The notes under the pieces were generated by a model. That model saw only the letters and a program-made list of their open reading frames with translations, did not search any database and was not told where the DNA came from. Of a DNA stretch of 64,000 nt, positions 26,011 to 38,756 are shown one piece after another (the first letter of the stretch is position 1; each line of letters opens with the position of its first letter). The DNA is from Amoeboaphelidium protococcarum X5. Lineage: Eukaryota > Fungi > Aphelidiomycota. The position numbers and the translations under genes are program-made. The stretch spans positions 254,264 through 318,263 of the forward strand of contig JALDTO010000213.1 of NCBI GenBank assembly GCA_023515725.1, read 5' to 3'.

Positions 26011-28971
26011 TCACCACTAGCGCTGCTAGATAGACCAAGGCTTAGCGCGAGTCATCAAATTGAGCATCATTATGGACAGAGCATACACATCACCTGATTT
26101 CAAAATATACGGAGAAGTTTCGGTGAAGCGCATTCTGAACCTTGTGAATAGTTCAGGTGCAGCGTACGATAGAGACAGACCACGCTACTAGCTAACCTCG
26201 AAAGCTGTCACCAAGAGCGCACTATCGTCCGTGATAGCAGAAATTCCTAGATCAGACAGTATAGGTACTAGCCAGCCATTCTCATCTACATCCAAGAGCA
26301 CATTCTGCGGCTTAAGATCACAGTGAACTATACCTTGACTATGCATATAAGCAATCGTCTGCGACAAAATAAAGATCAGCTTATGCATCTGATTCTTGGA
26401 CAGCGGATACATTTGCGACGTGGAGCTTTCACCTAATACATACTCAGCTAAAGCGCCAAGTGGATAGTACTTGATCAACATCACAGCTTCGTTTGTATCA
26501 CAGAAGCCATGCAACTTCGTAATAAACGGAACATTCCTAAACTTGTAAAGCAGGCTAAGTTCTTGGTAGAAAGCCTACTTTTCACTAGCCTGTATCTGCG
26601 TGAATGGGAGAGTGCCCACCTTTGCAACCACTACTTCAGCAGATACGTTCTATACCAACTATGGAGCAAGAGGACGAGCCAAATAAATCTTGGACATTCC
26701 ACCAGCAGCTATCTATTTTAAAATTTAAAAGTCAACGCCGTAGTTATATTTCAAGAACGCTGGGATGTAAATAGCATAATTAGTGGGCAGTGAAGTGGTT
26801 TACGTCTACATAGCTGTACCAAACACGGATGTAGTGAACTGCTAGTTGGTAGTATTACCACCTGACGTTGTGGTAAAAGTACCATTGGGTCTTTAGCGAC
26901 CGTAACGTCTCAGCATCAAGAGACTTCCCGCGATAGATGCAAGAGCGATGACAATGTACGCCAAAATGCTCAGTGCTTAAACAGCTAATTAGCCACTAGG
27001 ATTCTAATTTGCAGGTTGCACAAAATTCCGCAATTCTTGTGAACTGGTGCTAGTCCCTGCACCATCACCCAGAGGTCCGCAGTTTGGACATTCAAAGATA
27101 ATTAAGGAGTGAGTGAGCGATTTAGACGAAGACGTGCCAACTTTGACACTGGAGGTAAGCACACTTGGAACAGCCACCGCAACAGCAGAAGAACTTTAAA
27201 CAGTCATTTAACTTGACGTACTCGACCCGGCATAATCCGAAGCGGATGAACTCATTGAGGCAACAGCGGAGTCACTCTACATATTAAGGACAGAGTTGGT
27301 AGCAGAAGCTGCAAATGCGGTTGGAGTAGTAGTGACAGTGATAGTAAGAGCAATCGTAGTCGCTGTGGTAGGAGTCGTCGTAGTTGTAGTGGTGGTAGTC
27401 GTTGTAGTAGGAGTAGTAGTGGTAGTAGTCGTTGTCGTTGTGGTCGTAGTTGTCGTCGTAGGAGTAGTAGTTGTTGTCGTGGTCGTAGTTGTCGTCGTAG
27501 TCGTTGAGGTGGTAGTCGTTGTGGTTGTGGTAGGAGTAGTAGTCGTTGTCGTAGTTGTAGTGGTGGTAGTCGTTGTGGTAGGAGTAGTAGTTGTTGTCGT
27601 TGTCGTAGTCGTAGTCGTAGTTGTCGTCGTAGTTGTAGTAGTACTAGTAGTGGTTGATGTGGTGGTAGTCGTCGTTGTCGTTGTAGTCGTAGTCGTAGTT
27701 GTGGTCGTTGTAATCTTCTTAGTAGCAGTAGTCACCATAGCCTAAAATGGTCTTTAATATGCATTTTCTACCTGCAAAACACCATACACATACACGTCAA
27801 AAGAGAAAACATGGGCAACATTAACGAGCCCCAACCCATCAACTACTATTCCTTTGCCAATGTCATCCCAAGCACCACCAATAGTATATAACACCTAAGA
27901 TAGGCCACGCGCAAAATTATCGGGATTAATCTCTACAAAGTAAGCATCTTTCGTGATGCCACCAACCTGTTCATAAGTAAAATAACCTTCAGAGATCAGC
28001 AAGTATTTACTCCATCCAGATACCCACACCTTACCAGAGAAGAAATCGACATCTATAGCCACCAATAGATCGTCCTCAGGAGAGCCATAAATCATACTTG
28101 ACGAAATCCTAGAGCCACTTGAGCTAAATGAAGTTAGCCAGAAATCTAACCCTCCATAAGTTGGTTGTCCATCAATTGAACCACGGATGTAACCTGCTGC
28201 AAACACCTTGTCTTGCGCTAGATTGAGAGCGATGGCATTGAACCCAGACTCAACATTAGCAGAGAATTCAGATACCAGTTGGCCGTTGATTGGAGAATAG
28301 ACTCCAAAGTAGGCATAAAAACCATCAATGACACCACCAACGTATACATATCCATTCGCGGCTTTAGACACAACAACAGATCTGAACTCACAGCCACCCG
28401 TTGCAGCCTTTTAGATGGTCCAGACATGAGAGCTATCAGCTCTATACTTGGCAAGGAAACACTAAGATTATGCAGAGTAAACATCGGGGCCATTGTTTAT
28501 CTTACCATTAGTATAGCCAGCGACATACACAACCTAATTGTAAGAATCCACAAAGACAGTATTGGGGACATCCAGATACTATGAGCCAAATATCATGGTC
28601 CAGATCACGGTACCGACACGATTTAACTTGACCAGAGTGGCATCACCACCACCAATTAGTGTTTGACCATTGAAAGCTGTTGTGCACGAGCCAATCGCGT
28701 AAATTTCTTGAGTAGCAGTGTCAATGCTGAGCGCAGAAAGTTCATTGCCTGTACCTTGACCAAATGTTATTGTGCGGATACCCGTTTGAGTGGCAGGGGC
28801 AAAATTGTACAGCCCGTAGAGACCATTCTTGGAGCCCGACATCCAGATACTACCATCAGAGCTCAGCCTAACACCAGTGGTTGAGGTAAGGACATCATTG
28901 TATCTTGTTACCGCAGCCAGGGAGAGTTATGGCAAAAGGAGAGGCAGCAATATACACCAAAAGCTTATCAT
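26011..28971 (-). CDS. Receptor-like kinase: signal peptide, beta-propeller-like repeats, Thr-rich stalk, TM, kinase (986 aa)
   Basis: MISFWCILLPLLLPQLSLA; repeats such as GGGDATLVKLN..G.VIW...FGS; poly-Thr stalk; LSILAYIVIALASIAGSLLML-RR; kinase motifs AGGMSKIY, VAK, HCDLKPQN, SDLG, YAAPE, DVYA. Confidence 0.85.
27350..27738 (-). repeat. ACN-codon (poly-Thr/Pro) coding repeat
   Basis: About 110 Thr codons punctuated by Pro, in frame within the receptor kinase. Confidence 0.95.
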
Positions 28972-29609
28972 AGTACAGGATTATCTCTCTCTTTATACTA
29001 AAAAAATCTTGAGTAGATAAGAGTGATGATAAGGAGAAAAAATCCCACAATTATATCATACTCGCCGCGAATGCGCTCGTTATGCATTTATATCGACCAA
29101 AAATAGCATTCCTGTCCCAATCAGATATCTGGATCATGAGGAAAATATAGTGTGTGGAAGTAAGAAAATTTTACTATTACTCATTAGTATGAAGCCTTGG
29201 CAAATAATTTTTAAATTAGGCTCAAACCCGTATCTAGAGAATGGGATGCATGTGAAGTTGATAGTGAGATAATGGATATTGTTGATCAACATCGCCATAC
29301 TCAACCAGGTGGTAGGATTCGAAAATGAAGTGAGGTCCAGGATATAGCCGCAATCTCTCAGCTAAAGCTTGAATGTTGAAGATGTTAGATTTGCTATGTT
29401 TATCGCCGAATTTTTAATTAGCGTACGCCATTTAAACTTTAACATTGGAGGTTGATATTCTGGCTCGCTCATGTACAGTATACGCGATCTGAAACAAGGA
29501 CTTCTGAAACGAAGTTAAAATTGTTCCATAATCTTCGTGGCTCAATCTTAATCTATGTCAATTTAATGTGCATCCTTACTTGATTTGTGCACATAATAAT
29601 TCTTCCAGC

Positions 29610-30275
29610 ATGATGAATGCCCCTACTTACTCTATGGATTTACCATCCCTGAATGTACCGAACGTTCAACTATCCGGACCTTTGTAAAGAGGTCAAGTTG
29701 TTAGTGTGAACCATGCTGTTGCTGCGTCGAATGATTTGAAGTTAATTGAAGCCAAGAGAACGCTGAACGCGGTTGATGATGCTACTCTGGCGAAAGCCAA
29801 GGTAAGAAATCGTCTGATTGAAGCGGAGACTGTGCCGTTGTTCTTCTCTGACGCTGCTGGTGATATTGGAGGAGCCCCTCCTTATATGCTGCCATTACTT
29901 CAATTGCCGCAACAGATTCGTGAATTGCGTGCTGAGATTCGTGAGTCGGGTGCTGAATTGCGTGCTGCGTCTAATGCTTAATTCATTCAAATGGACGTGA
30001 ATGTAAAGAAGTTAATCAATGGTACTCGTGGTGATGGATTCTATTCTCCTTATGAGTAGGTTCCGGTCAATGTTAACGGCATCCCCCATTTACCAACCGA
30101 TGCTGGATTGCCTGCGTTAACCAGTGTAAGCGTTATTAATCAGTTAACGGTAGATTAGTTGCGTGATTCGATGGCATTCTACGGTTTGGACTTTGAGGAC
30201 TTGGAAGAGGACGAAGCAGAACATCGCATGAAAATAGCCCTATTGGATCATATTGGTAGCATCACCAAAATCTGA
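29610..30275 (+). CDS. Mug135-like C-terminal domain protein (221 aa)
   Basis: Short coiled coil, then NGTRGDG...YEQVPV..NG...P...LPALTSVSVINQLT..QL....FYGL.....ALLDHIG. Family assigned from remembered pattern only. Confidence 0.6.
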
Positions 30276-30566
30276 TCAAACTGCCAGATCTTTCATATTC
30301 TAGCTCTATGTCTCTCTTCCTCTCTCTCTATTTCCCCAAAAATTCCTAATAATGAATTATTGAAAATACATTTCAAAATGTCTTCTGTGAATTACTTGAA
30401 GTATTGCCAATATGAACCAAATAAAATCAAGATTGAGCGTATACATGAGTGGTGTTGTATGAAACGATCGCGAAACTTATCGGTAGTGAAGAATGGAATG
30501 GCTCGATCTATCACATTCTATAGCTTTTAAATCACCTTTCAACATACTCTATAATCACCATGATCA

Positions 30567-31769
30567 TCACTTTTCCTTGAGAAGATACTTGTTACTGATC
30601 ACCTTGAAAGTCATATCACCGTCCACCTACTTGAATACAATACCCTCACGCTCACAACTTCCCGTCTTACTGATGACACTTTTACCTTCAGCAAACTTCA
30701 GTAATTCGTCAAAATTAGCACTAATATTCTGAATGCTCTCAGTTTGGCAACTAACTGGCACATGTTTCAATCCCATCTTTTAGATCAGTTAACGACGATC
30801 AGCAGGACGCAGATATGACGCGTCTTGTACGTTATAAACATCGAATACATGGAATTCCAAAGCCTCAAGTTTATAAATGTTGCCTTAGATTTTTGGACCG
30901 ATCAGCTCTCCTTGAATAGCAAAATCACCCATTGACATAGAGCGCATCTTGTCTTCAATACTATAGTTGCGTGCAGTCTGCCAAAAGGGATCGCTCTCAG
31001 TCTCATCTAAATCACAATTGCGACTGCACACACCAAATTTACCATCAATTAAGTAGCAAGTCATGCTGCTACCTTCCAACTTTTCCGTAATTTCAAATTG
31101 AATACCAGCCTATCTTGCAGATTCAATCTCTTGCACTATATTCTACACACGTTCCTGATCAGTCTTGCGGATAGCAGACGGGAAACTTTTCAGAGGTTGT
31201 TGGTTGTTATCACTGCCAGTGTATTCACGAACAGGCCGTTCCCACTTTTTTATACCTAATTGCTCTGTAACATCATCTCCCACGTGCCATTCACCGTCCT
31301 TTAGCACTTGATTACATGGCATCAACAGTCCCTGACTCAACTGACCGCGCAGCTTAACAGTGCGCAGACGCTCACCTTTTACGCCTTCAAATTCACGAGG
31401 CTCTTTACCTTTGCACAAGTACGGGGCCAACTCATAGGGAATCCAGCAATCAATCTCAAAATATACGGCCAAGCTCCCTGGGCTGAACTCTCCTTTCTTA
31501 ACAACAACTTTCCAGCCACCGACAGTGGCGCATTCAATGGTATCAGCGCCATCAATTGGCTTAAGAGTATCGATTTTTCGGATCGTGGCCAGTTTACGCA
31601 TTCTTACACTGGAATTAGTAGTGGTAGATGACAAGTGCCTGATTTGTCTTTTTTACTAGGACTGGTATAACAACGATGCCTGTTACTAATATCTATACAA
31701 ACCGCTAGTACGAATTAATGTGTTTGTGCGCGTCTAGTTTCTGTAGCAACGCGTCAAATGTCTCAGCAT
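30567..31769 (-). CDS. RNA ligase, DRB0094 family, with putative mitochondrial presequence (400 aa)
   Basis: MRKLATIRKI...PIDGAD.IE...GW.VVV...YFEID, RTVKLRGQLSQGL, FP..I.KTDQERVQN, TEKLEGSS (motif I), QGELIG, FDVY, REGIVFK, FKVIS. The first 56 aa are Arg/Ser/Thr-rich with no acidic residues. Confidence 0.9.
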
Positions 31770-32110
31770 TATGAAATTAATGTGGTATAGTAGGAAGCTT
31801 ACGACTCTAGAGCCAATTAAATTGTATGATTCGGTTTATGGGACGATCAAGCTCGATAAAGTCCGCTAAGGATGGTAGCTTGAGAGCGCTTGCAAATGCT
31901 ATGAGGGTTTATAAAAGTACGAGAAGCTCTAGGACCAAATTGTCTCAGCCAGTGTTTTAAACACCTGATGCAATAATACAAAAAATCAGTTGTTCTAGCA
32001 AATCTTTTATTCATAATGCGTTCACGGTTCTGCAAATTATCATAATGTCATTTCATAATCGCAACTCCCAAATACAAGTATATTACTTTACACCTTATTT
32101 CGACATTTTA

Positions 32111-32647
32111 TCATTTAATCTGACCAATAATCATCAGAAACAGCTGTCTTAATTCTGTACTTAAATCTTCAACAGTAATCAATTATAAATAAGCCTTTTC
32201 AGCAATCTCAAAGTCAGGATACTAATCATGAACTACCGAATTTCTGCCTGACGGATCCTTCACACAAATAGCACGCATCGCATACCATTGATCAGCACTA
32301 ATGCCAGTATTACTCAACAAGTCACCAGGCTCAGATTATTTTACTGCATTGTATAACGAGAAATTCTAAGGTGGACCTCTCTAACCGTACATCTTAGTTT
32401 TAAAGTAAACTTCAAGAATCGTCATCAGTGCAGTTTTAAACGCGAGCTCCTCAAGAGCATCCAGTCTCCAACCCACTTTGCTCAACTCATTTTCCACCTA
32501 GATCAGATTCTTTTGGACATCTTCATTTATTTTCTTCTAATCCTTTAGCTACTGCCGCATTTCTTACTGACCTTTACGATACTATTTAATGTTCTAGTAG
32601 AAGCCATCTTAGCCCATCTGCTAACATTAATCACGATTTGATGGCAT
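32111..32647 (-). CDS. Hypothetical protein: coiled coil + helical domain with an Rx4H motif (178 aa)
   Basis: Clean ATG-to-TGA ORF under TAR=Gln; GRNSVVHD at 32228-32245. Absent from the supplied track. Confidence 0.6.
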
Positions 32648-33353
32648 TTGATGAGTGCATTATGGAGAATCAAGCAATGACAAATTCAGAGCATTTTTTT
32701 CTTCCTATGGTTCACTAGGAGTCTCTTTTACCGGCTATGGTTGGCATCCGTGTCCAAGATCTTTCTGGTCAAGCTAATTTATATTTGAATACGCGCTCAT
32801 TGATAATGTGAATTAATATTTGATAAAAAGTAGAAATAATAATCCAATGGTTATCCAATCAGCCCTGCGAAACAACAACAGTCACACAAAGATTGGGGTA
32901 GCGTGAACAATACGGAACAAAAAAGTTAGTGTACTTGGCATGTATCATCAATCAATGCTTACTTAGAGAAAAATGAGTTACGCCTTATCTAAATCATTAA
33001 AAATTGTTCCAGATATGGCTATATTATAAAAGAAGATTCCTGTGTATGGTTCTTAATGCATTATCTAATGGATGGCAGCAGGTTGATGATGCGCGCGTCC
33101 CAAATTATAAACTACACCGCGTGCTATATGGCGGCTTCATAACTAGAATCAATCATCATCACGTAAGTCTAACGAAAAAGATCAATTTGGATGAAAGTAG
33201 TAAAACGTTTCACTAATGATTTGTTCCTGCGTTTCTACCATTGAGTGCCGCCCTCTGATCTAATCAGCTCTTTTCTTCTGACGCGTTTGGAGAATCACCA
33301 AAAACTAGTTTCTTGTACAATTTTGATTACAGCTGCTTAAAATTAAGTAAAAA

Positions 33354-36038
33354 ATGTACTCAATCCTCTTATTGCTCCTATTTATTCAAAGCTGGTCTCC
33401 GTGCAAGGCTGAATACATGGTGGGTGTTGGAATACACGATGTCACGGGACCGATTGGCGGTGTGAACATGATGGGATATGCCATGGTTGATTAGATTAGC
33501 CAAGGTATTTTGACGAGATTACGCGCAAGAGCATTTATCTTTGAGTCATGCAACGCCAATGCTACCTACTAGAGTTTACATTAAACTGCTAATCATCATT
33601 AGAGTAAATGTAATCGCGTTGTGTATGTGAGCGTTGATTCTGCAATGATAAGCCAGAATGTTAAGGCTCATGTGATTTAAAAGTTGCATCAAAATGGATA
33701 TGTGCAGTACAAGTAGTAGAATGTTCTGCTAAGTGCCACACATACTCACTCGTCAGCTGCTGGATTTCATGAATACTTGCTGTATGATATCACCTCCATG
33801 GGCTATGTACGTGAAAGTGAGATGGCGCTGGTTGATGGCATCTATGGTGCAATTGTTCGTGCGCATCATAACATCAAAGCGTCCAGTATTTTGATCAATA
33901 AGGGTAGGCTGGATGGCGCGAATATTAACAGAAGTCCAACGGCATATCTTGCAAATAGAGCTGAGCTTCGTGCTCAGTATGCAAATGACGGTGACACTGA
34001 TAAAATCATGACCACTCTGAATATTCAAGATTCTTAATCACGCTCACCTAGAGGTGCCATAGCATTCTTTAGCGTTCATGGAACTAGTATGAATAACACC
34101 AATCGTTTGCTGAATGGCGATAATAAAGGATATGCATCATGGCTCCTTGAGAAGGAGATGAATAATAACAATAACGCGTTAGATAAGTACATTCCTTATA
34201 CTCACCCAGAAGTGCACAAATCAGTTAAATCTGGAGATTATTTTGTTGCAGCGTTCGGTCAGGTACAAGAGGGAGATGTCAGTCCTAATATATATGGTGC
34301 CTTCTGTTTGGATACCGGTCTTCCATGTGATAAGCACCATTCCACATGTCCAGATAAGAAAGGTCGACCTCGCAATAAGATGTGTCATGCGCGTGGTCCT
34401 GGATTTAATACATCTGATGGTGATGTGGAGAGTACAAGGATTATTGGATTGCGATAGTATTTGAAGGCGCGAGACTTATTGAAGGATGCTAGTAATTCAG
34501 CTTAAGAGGTTACTGGTTCTGTTGATTATGCTCATGCTTGGGTAGATATGTCTAAAGTCAATGTTAATCTCTCCTTGCTAAATCACACCACCCATCGCGA
34601 AGGTATTGTGTCGACATGTAAGCCAGCCAGAGGATACAGTTTTGCTAGTGGTACTAGTGATGGCCCGGGCGAATTTGACTTCATCCAAGGTGATAATTCT
34701 ACTGGTACTCCATTCTGGAATTTTATCAAGTAGTTTATATCAAAGCCGTCTGAGGAGTAGATCAAGTGTCATTACCCAAAGCCTATTTTGTTAAATACTG
34801 GTGAAATCAAGAAGCCATACTTGTGGGAGCCATAGATTGTCGATATTTAGATACTGAAGATTGGCAACTTGGTCCTTCTTGGTGTACCAGGTGAATTTAC
34901 AACCATGGCTGGTAGATTGCTTCGTTCTGCTGTCAAGGATATTTTTGTACGCAATGGTATAATCCCAGAAAGTGAAATATCTGTTATTGTAGCTGGTCTT
35001 AGTAATTCATATAGTGGGTATATTACCACCTTTGAAGAGTATCAAGTGCAGAGATATGAAGGCGCGTCTACGATATATGGTCCTCACGCTTTGGATGCTT
35101 ATATTCAAGAATTTTCTAGACTTGCATATCAGATGGCTCAAAAGTATAACAGTAATGTTCAGATGCCTGTTTTCCCTGCTGTAACACATGATCCTTCAGT
35201 GCCACCAGCGGATTTCACAGACAAGCTGTTGACTTTCCTGCCTGCGGTCATTTTCGATGCCGTTCCACCTCTGAGTTCATTTGGATCCGTGTCTTAGGAT
35301 GTGGAATCGCTGCAACCGTATCACATTGGGGATGTGGTGAACGCGACTTTTTATGCTGGCCATCCGCGTAATGTCGCTTAGAATTCTGAATGGTAGTTGG
35401 AGGGAAGTTTTGCTTCAGTGGAGAAATGGGTCGGTCCTTCGTTGGATCTAATAAGATTCGAAGTTGAAAAGTTTGGTTCAGTTTTGATATAACAGGTAAT
35501 GGGACGTGATATTGTAATTTCTGTGCAGGTGGTAACTGACTCTGATTGTTACTACATGAAATATGATTTAAACTTGCATCTTAATAATAACAATTAGTAA
35601 TAGTAATTGGTCATATAGGATGAGAACGATGAAATGGCGACTGAGAATTAAAAGTTTACAGTCTATGCGTACGTCAGTAATGGATAATTACAGCTCTCTG
35701 AATTTAAACCAACCGCTGATATAGTGTAAAATCTGAAATAGTTATGGATACGCGTCAGAGATGATGATGACTGGGATCTGAAAATGAAGTGGTGGAAGCC
35801 GGTCGCTGGTGTCAGTGCAATATCTTATGCTCAGGTGATTTGGAAGATTTCCGATCGTCCTGACCAAGACGTAGTTACTACTCGTTTGCTCACTGCTGAC
35901 GATGATATGAGTGCATTTAATTCTCCAACGCCAAGTGCTGCAGGTACATACAGACTAAAGTATGAAGGTGCACACAAGAGTATCTTTGGCCAGATTAGGA
36001 AGCATTCTGGTGTTAGTTCATTCTTTGTAGTCTATTGA
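33354..36038 (+). CDS. Neutral/alkaline ceramidase (secreted, 894 aa)
   Basis: Signal peptide; DVTGP...MMGYA, RLRARAF, SATHTHS, VHGTSMNNTN.L..GDNKGYA, GDVSPN, GTSDGPG, PGEFTTMAGR, YEGASTIYGP. Confidence 0.93.
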
Positions 36039-36384
36039 TTTGGTCTGTCTTCTTGTCTCCCTCTCCCTCTTTAGGTGAGTGTAAATGCTGTTATCGCGTC
36101 GACTGTCTTTGAAATGTTATGAAAGAATTATCAATTTTGTAATACATAAGTAATCAATTCTTTAATATTATAAAAACATATTTAGTAGTATACTTGAGTA
36201 TATTCTTGTTCTCGAACAGAGTTGATATTGTATTCCGATAATGTCGCGATTAGATAATGACCGCTCGTTCGTTCGTTTGTTCGTTTTAAGCTTTGTCCTT
36301 TCTCGTCTTCTTTCCGTGTCTAGTTGTTAGTGCGTTAAAACTGCACATCACTTTCCATATACAGTAGTAGAGACAACATCAAGT

Positions 36385-37800
36385 ATGGTGGCCTCCTCAG
36401 TCTTCATACTGGATCTGAAGGGGAAAGTGCTCATAAGCAGGAACTATCGGGGAGACATCCCAGTGTCTGCCATCGAAAAGTTTATGCCTCTCATCATTGA
36501 ACATGAAGAATCTGGTGAGAACGGCAGTGGATATGCACCACCCATAATGACTGATGAAGGAATCAACTATTTTCACATAAAGCATAATAACGTTTACAGT
36601 AAGCATATTGTAAATTATGATGATGGTCATGAGTGATATATGGATAAGTGTTTGTGTGTAGTTGTTGCGCTGAGTCGAATGAATTCTAATGCCACTACAA
36701 TATTTGTATTTCTACACAAGTTGATTAGTGTATTTACAGAGTATTTTAAAGAGCTGGAAGAGGAATCTATTAAGGACAACTTTGTGGTTATCTATGAGCT
36801 ATTCGATGAGATTATGGACTATGGTTATCCGCAGACTACCGAGACCAAGATATTGCAAGAGTACATTACGCAAGAGAGTTTCCAGATCATGGAGAGTACA
36901 CAGGCACGTCCACCGTCCGCTCTTACTAGCTCCGTCTCATGGAGACCAGAAGGTATCAAGTATAGACGTAATGAAGTGTTCCTGGACGTGGTTGAGTCTA
37001 TCAATATGCTGGCCAACAGCAATGGTAATGTGATCAAGAGCGAGATTGTCGGTGCTGTGAAGATGAGATGTTATCTGAGTGGTATGCCTGAACTACGTCT
37101 CGGATTGAACGATAAGGTGATGTTTGAGAATGCTGGACGTGCACCTACCAAGGGTAAGGCTATAGAGATGGAAGATGTCAAGTTTCATCAGTGTGTCCGT
37201 CTGAGCCGCTTTGAGAATGATCGCACCATCAGCTTCATTCCACCGGATGGAGAGTTTGAGTTGATGTCATACCGTCTGAATGCTCAGGTGAAGCCACTCA
37301 TCTGGTGTGAGTCTGTGGTGGAACATTATGGTGGTCGTGTGGAGTACCTGGTCAAGGCCAAGGCTCAGTTTAAGAGAAGATCCACGGCGAACAATGTGGA
37401 GATTTATATTCCGGTGCCTGAAGATGCAGATACTCCCAAATTCAAGGCGACGATTGGTAATGTGAGTTACGTGCCAGAGAAGAGTAGTATCTTGTGGAAG
37501 ATTAAGCAGTTCCCTGGTGGTAAAGACTTTGTGATGAGAGCGCACTTTGGACTGCCCACTGTGAAGTCTGATGATCCGGATAAGAGACCGCCGATATCTG
37601 TAAAGTTTGAGATTCCATACTTTACCACTAGCGGTATTCAGGTGCGTTATTTGAAGATTATTGAGAGCAGCGGGTACCAAGCACTGCCTTGGGTGAGGTA
37701 TATCACTCAGCATGGTGACTATCAGATGAGAATGCCTGATCCTGTCAAAGGCAACGGGCCTGGAAGTGCTGACCAGAATTTACTGTTGAAGAGGTTTTGA
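36385..37800 (+). CDS. AP1M1: AP-1 adaptor complex mu subunit; one intron 36599-36661
   Basis: LDLKGKVLISRNYRGD, LEEESIKDNFVVIYEL, VSWR..GIKY..NEVFLDV, DVKFHQCVRL, YQALPWVRY. A 63-nt GTAAGC...TAG intron removes the in-frame TGA. Confidence 0.96.
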
Positions 37801-38756
37801 TCTTTGACCTTGCTTGATACTTGATATTAATAGTAAAGTTATAGTGAGCTTACTGTGTATAGATCTCTTTTTTGATTGACATTTTTCCATATTTTTTGAA
37901 AGTCAACTTTGAACATGAAACATGCATGTTCTTGTCACAGTTTCGTTCATGTACAGTATATGCGAGTGAGGCTTTAACGAACGACAACTTGTCAGAACTT
38001 CAATGCGATTATTATGAGCTTACACGTCAGATCTTCCACTTGCTGGTACTTACAAACTTTTTGTAATTCCATGAGCTTGTACTGTTAATTGACAATCTAT
38101 CTAAAGCTACTCGTGCGAAAAAATGAAGGGACGTTAGTCAAAATCTATACCAATGTCCAAAGACGTGAAGGGTGCGTTCAAAAATTGTCTCGCGTTTACC
38201 GCTTGGATCAAAGTAACACCAGTCTAAGATATTAATATAGACGAAGCATCACATTAGATCCTCGAAAAAAAAAATAGACGTTGACTATATAATTACTATG
38301 ACCGTTAAAAAAACTTGGAACTTCAATGGAATAGTAAAATTGGTAATTGCAATACGTACACTTAAAATTGTTTACATCGCTTTAAGCGCAGTTAGGCAGA
38401 GCTTTGTACAGTACTGTAAATCAAGGTACAATGAAACAAAAGAGGCGGATCACATTTCTCAACATGCAGAGTTCATCACCTGCAGACAGAGATAATCATC
38501 AAATCAAATAACGCTGAAGATTATTGTTTTCTAAATATTCTATACTTATTAGTACTTCAATTCAAAAACATAGAACATATAAAATCATATATTCTTACAT
38601 ACACATGGAGCATGAAGTAAGGGGTATTCCTTAAGAATTGAAGGAAGTTCACGCTAGACTGTTTTGATCGGTCGGCCCGGAGACTAGAATCAGTGATCCC
38701 ATTTCTATTACAAATCTGGAGATTGAAATTTATAATAATATCTTATCATACGAGAG

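Larger units (their letters stand above)
25891..31538. repeat. Left arm of a ~5.5 kb inverted duplication (partner 48812-54215)
   Basis: Reverse-complement near-identical genes. Paired coordinates sum to ~80350 on one side of the Thr tract and ~80112 on the other. Confidence 0.95.

Noticed and set aside
27296-27745. Poly-Val ORF (also 52604-52999) and the Arg/Ser/Cys-rich ORF 52725-53003
   Set aside because: Antisense shadows of the Thr-rich stalk of the receptor kinase.
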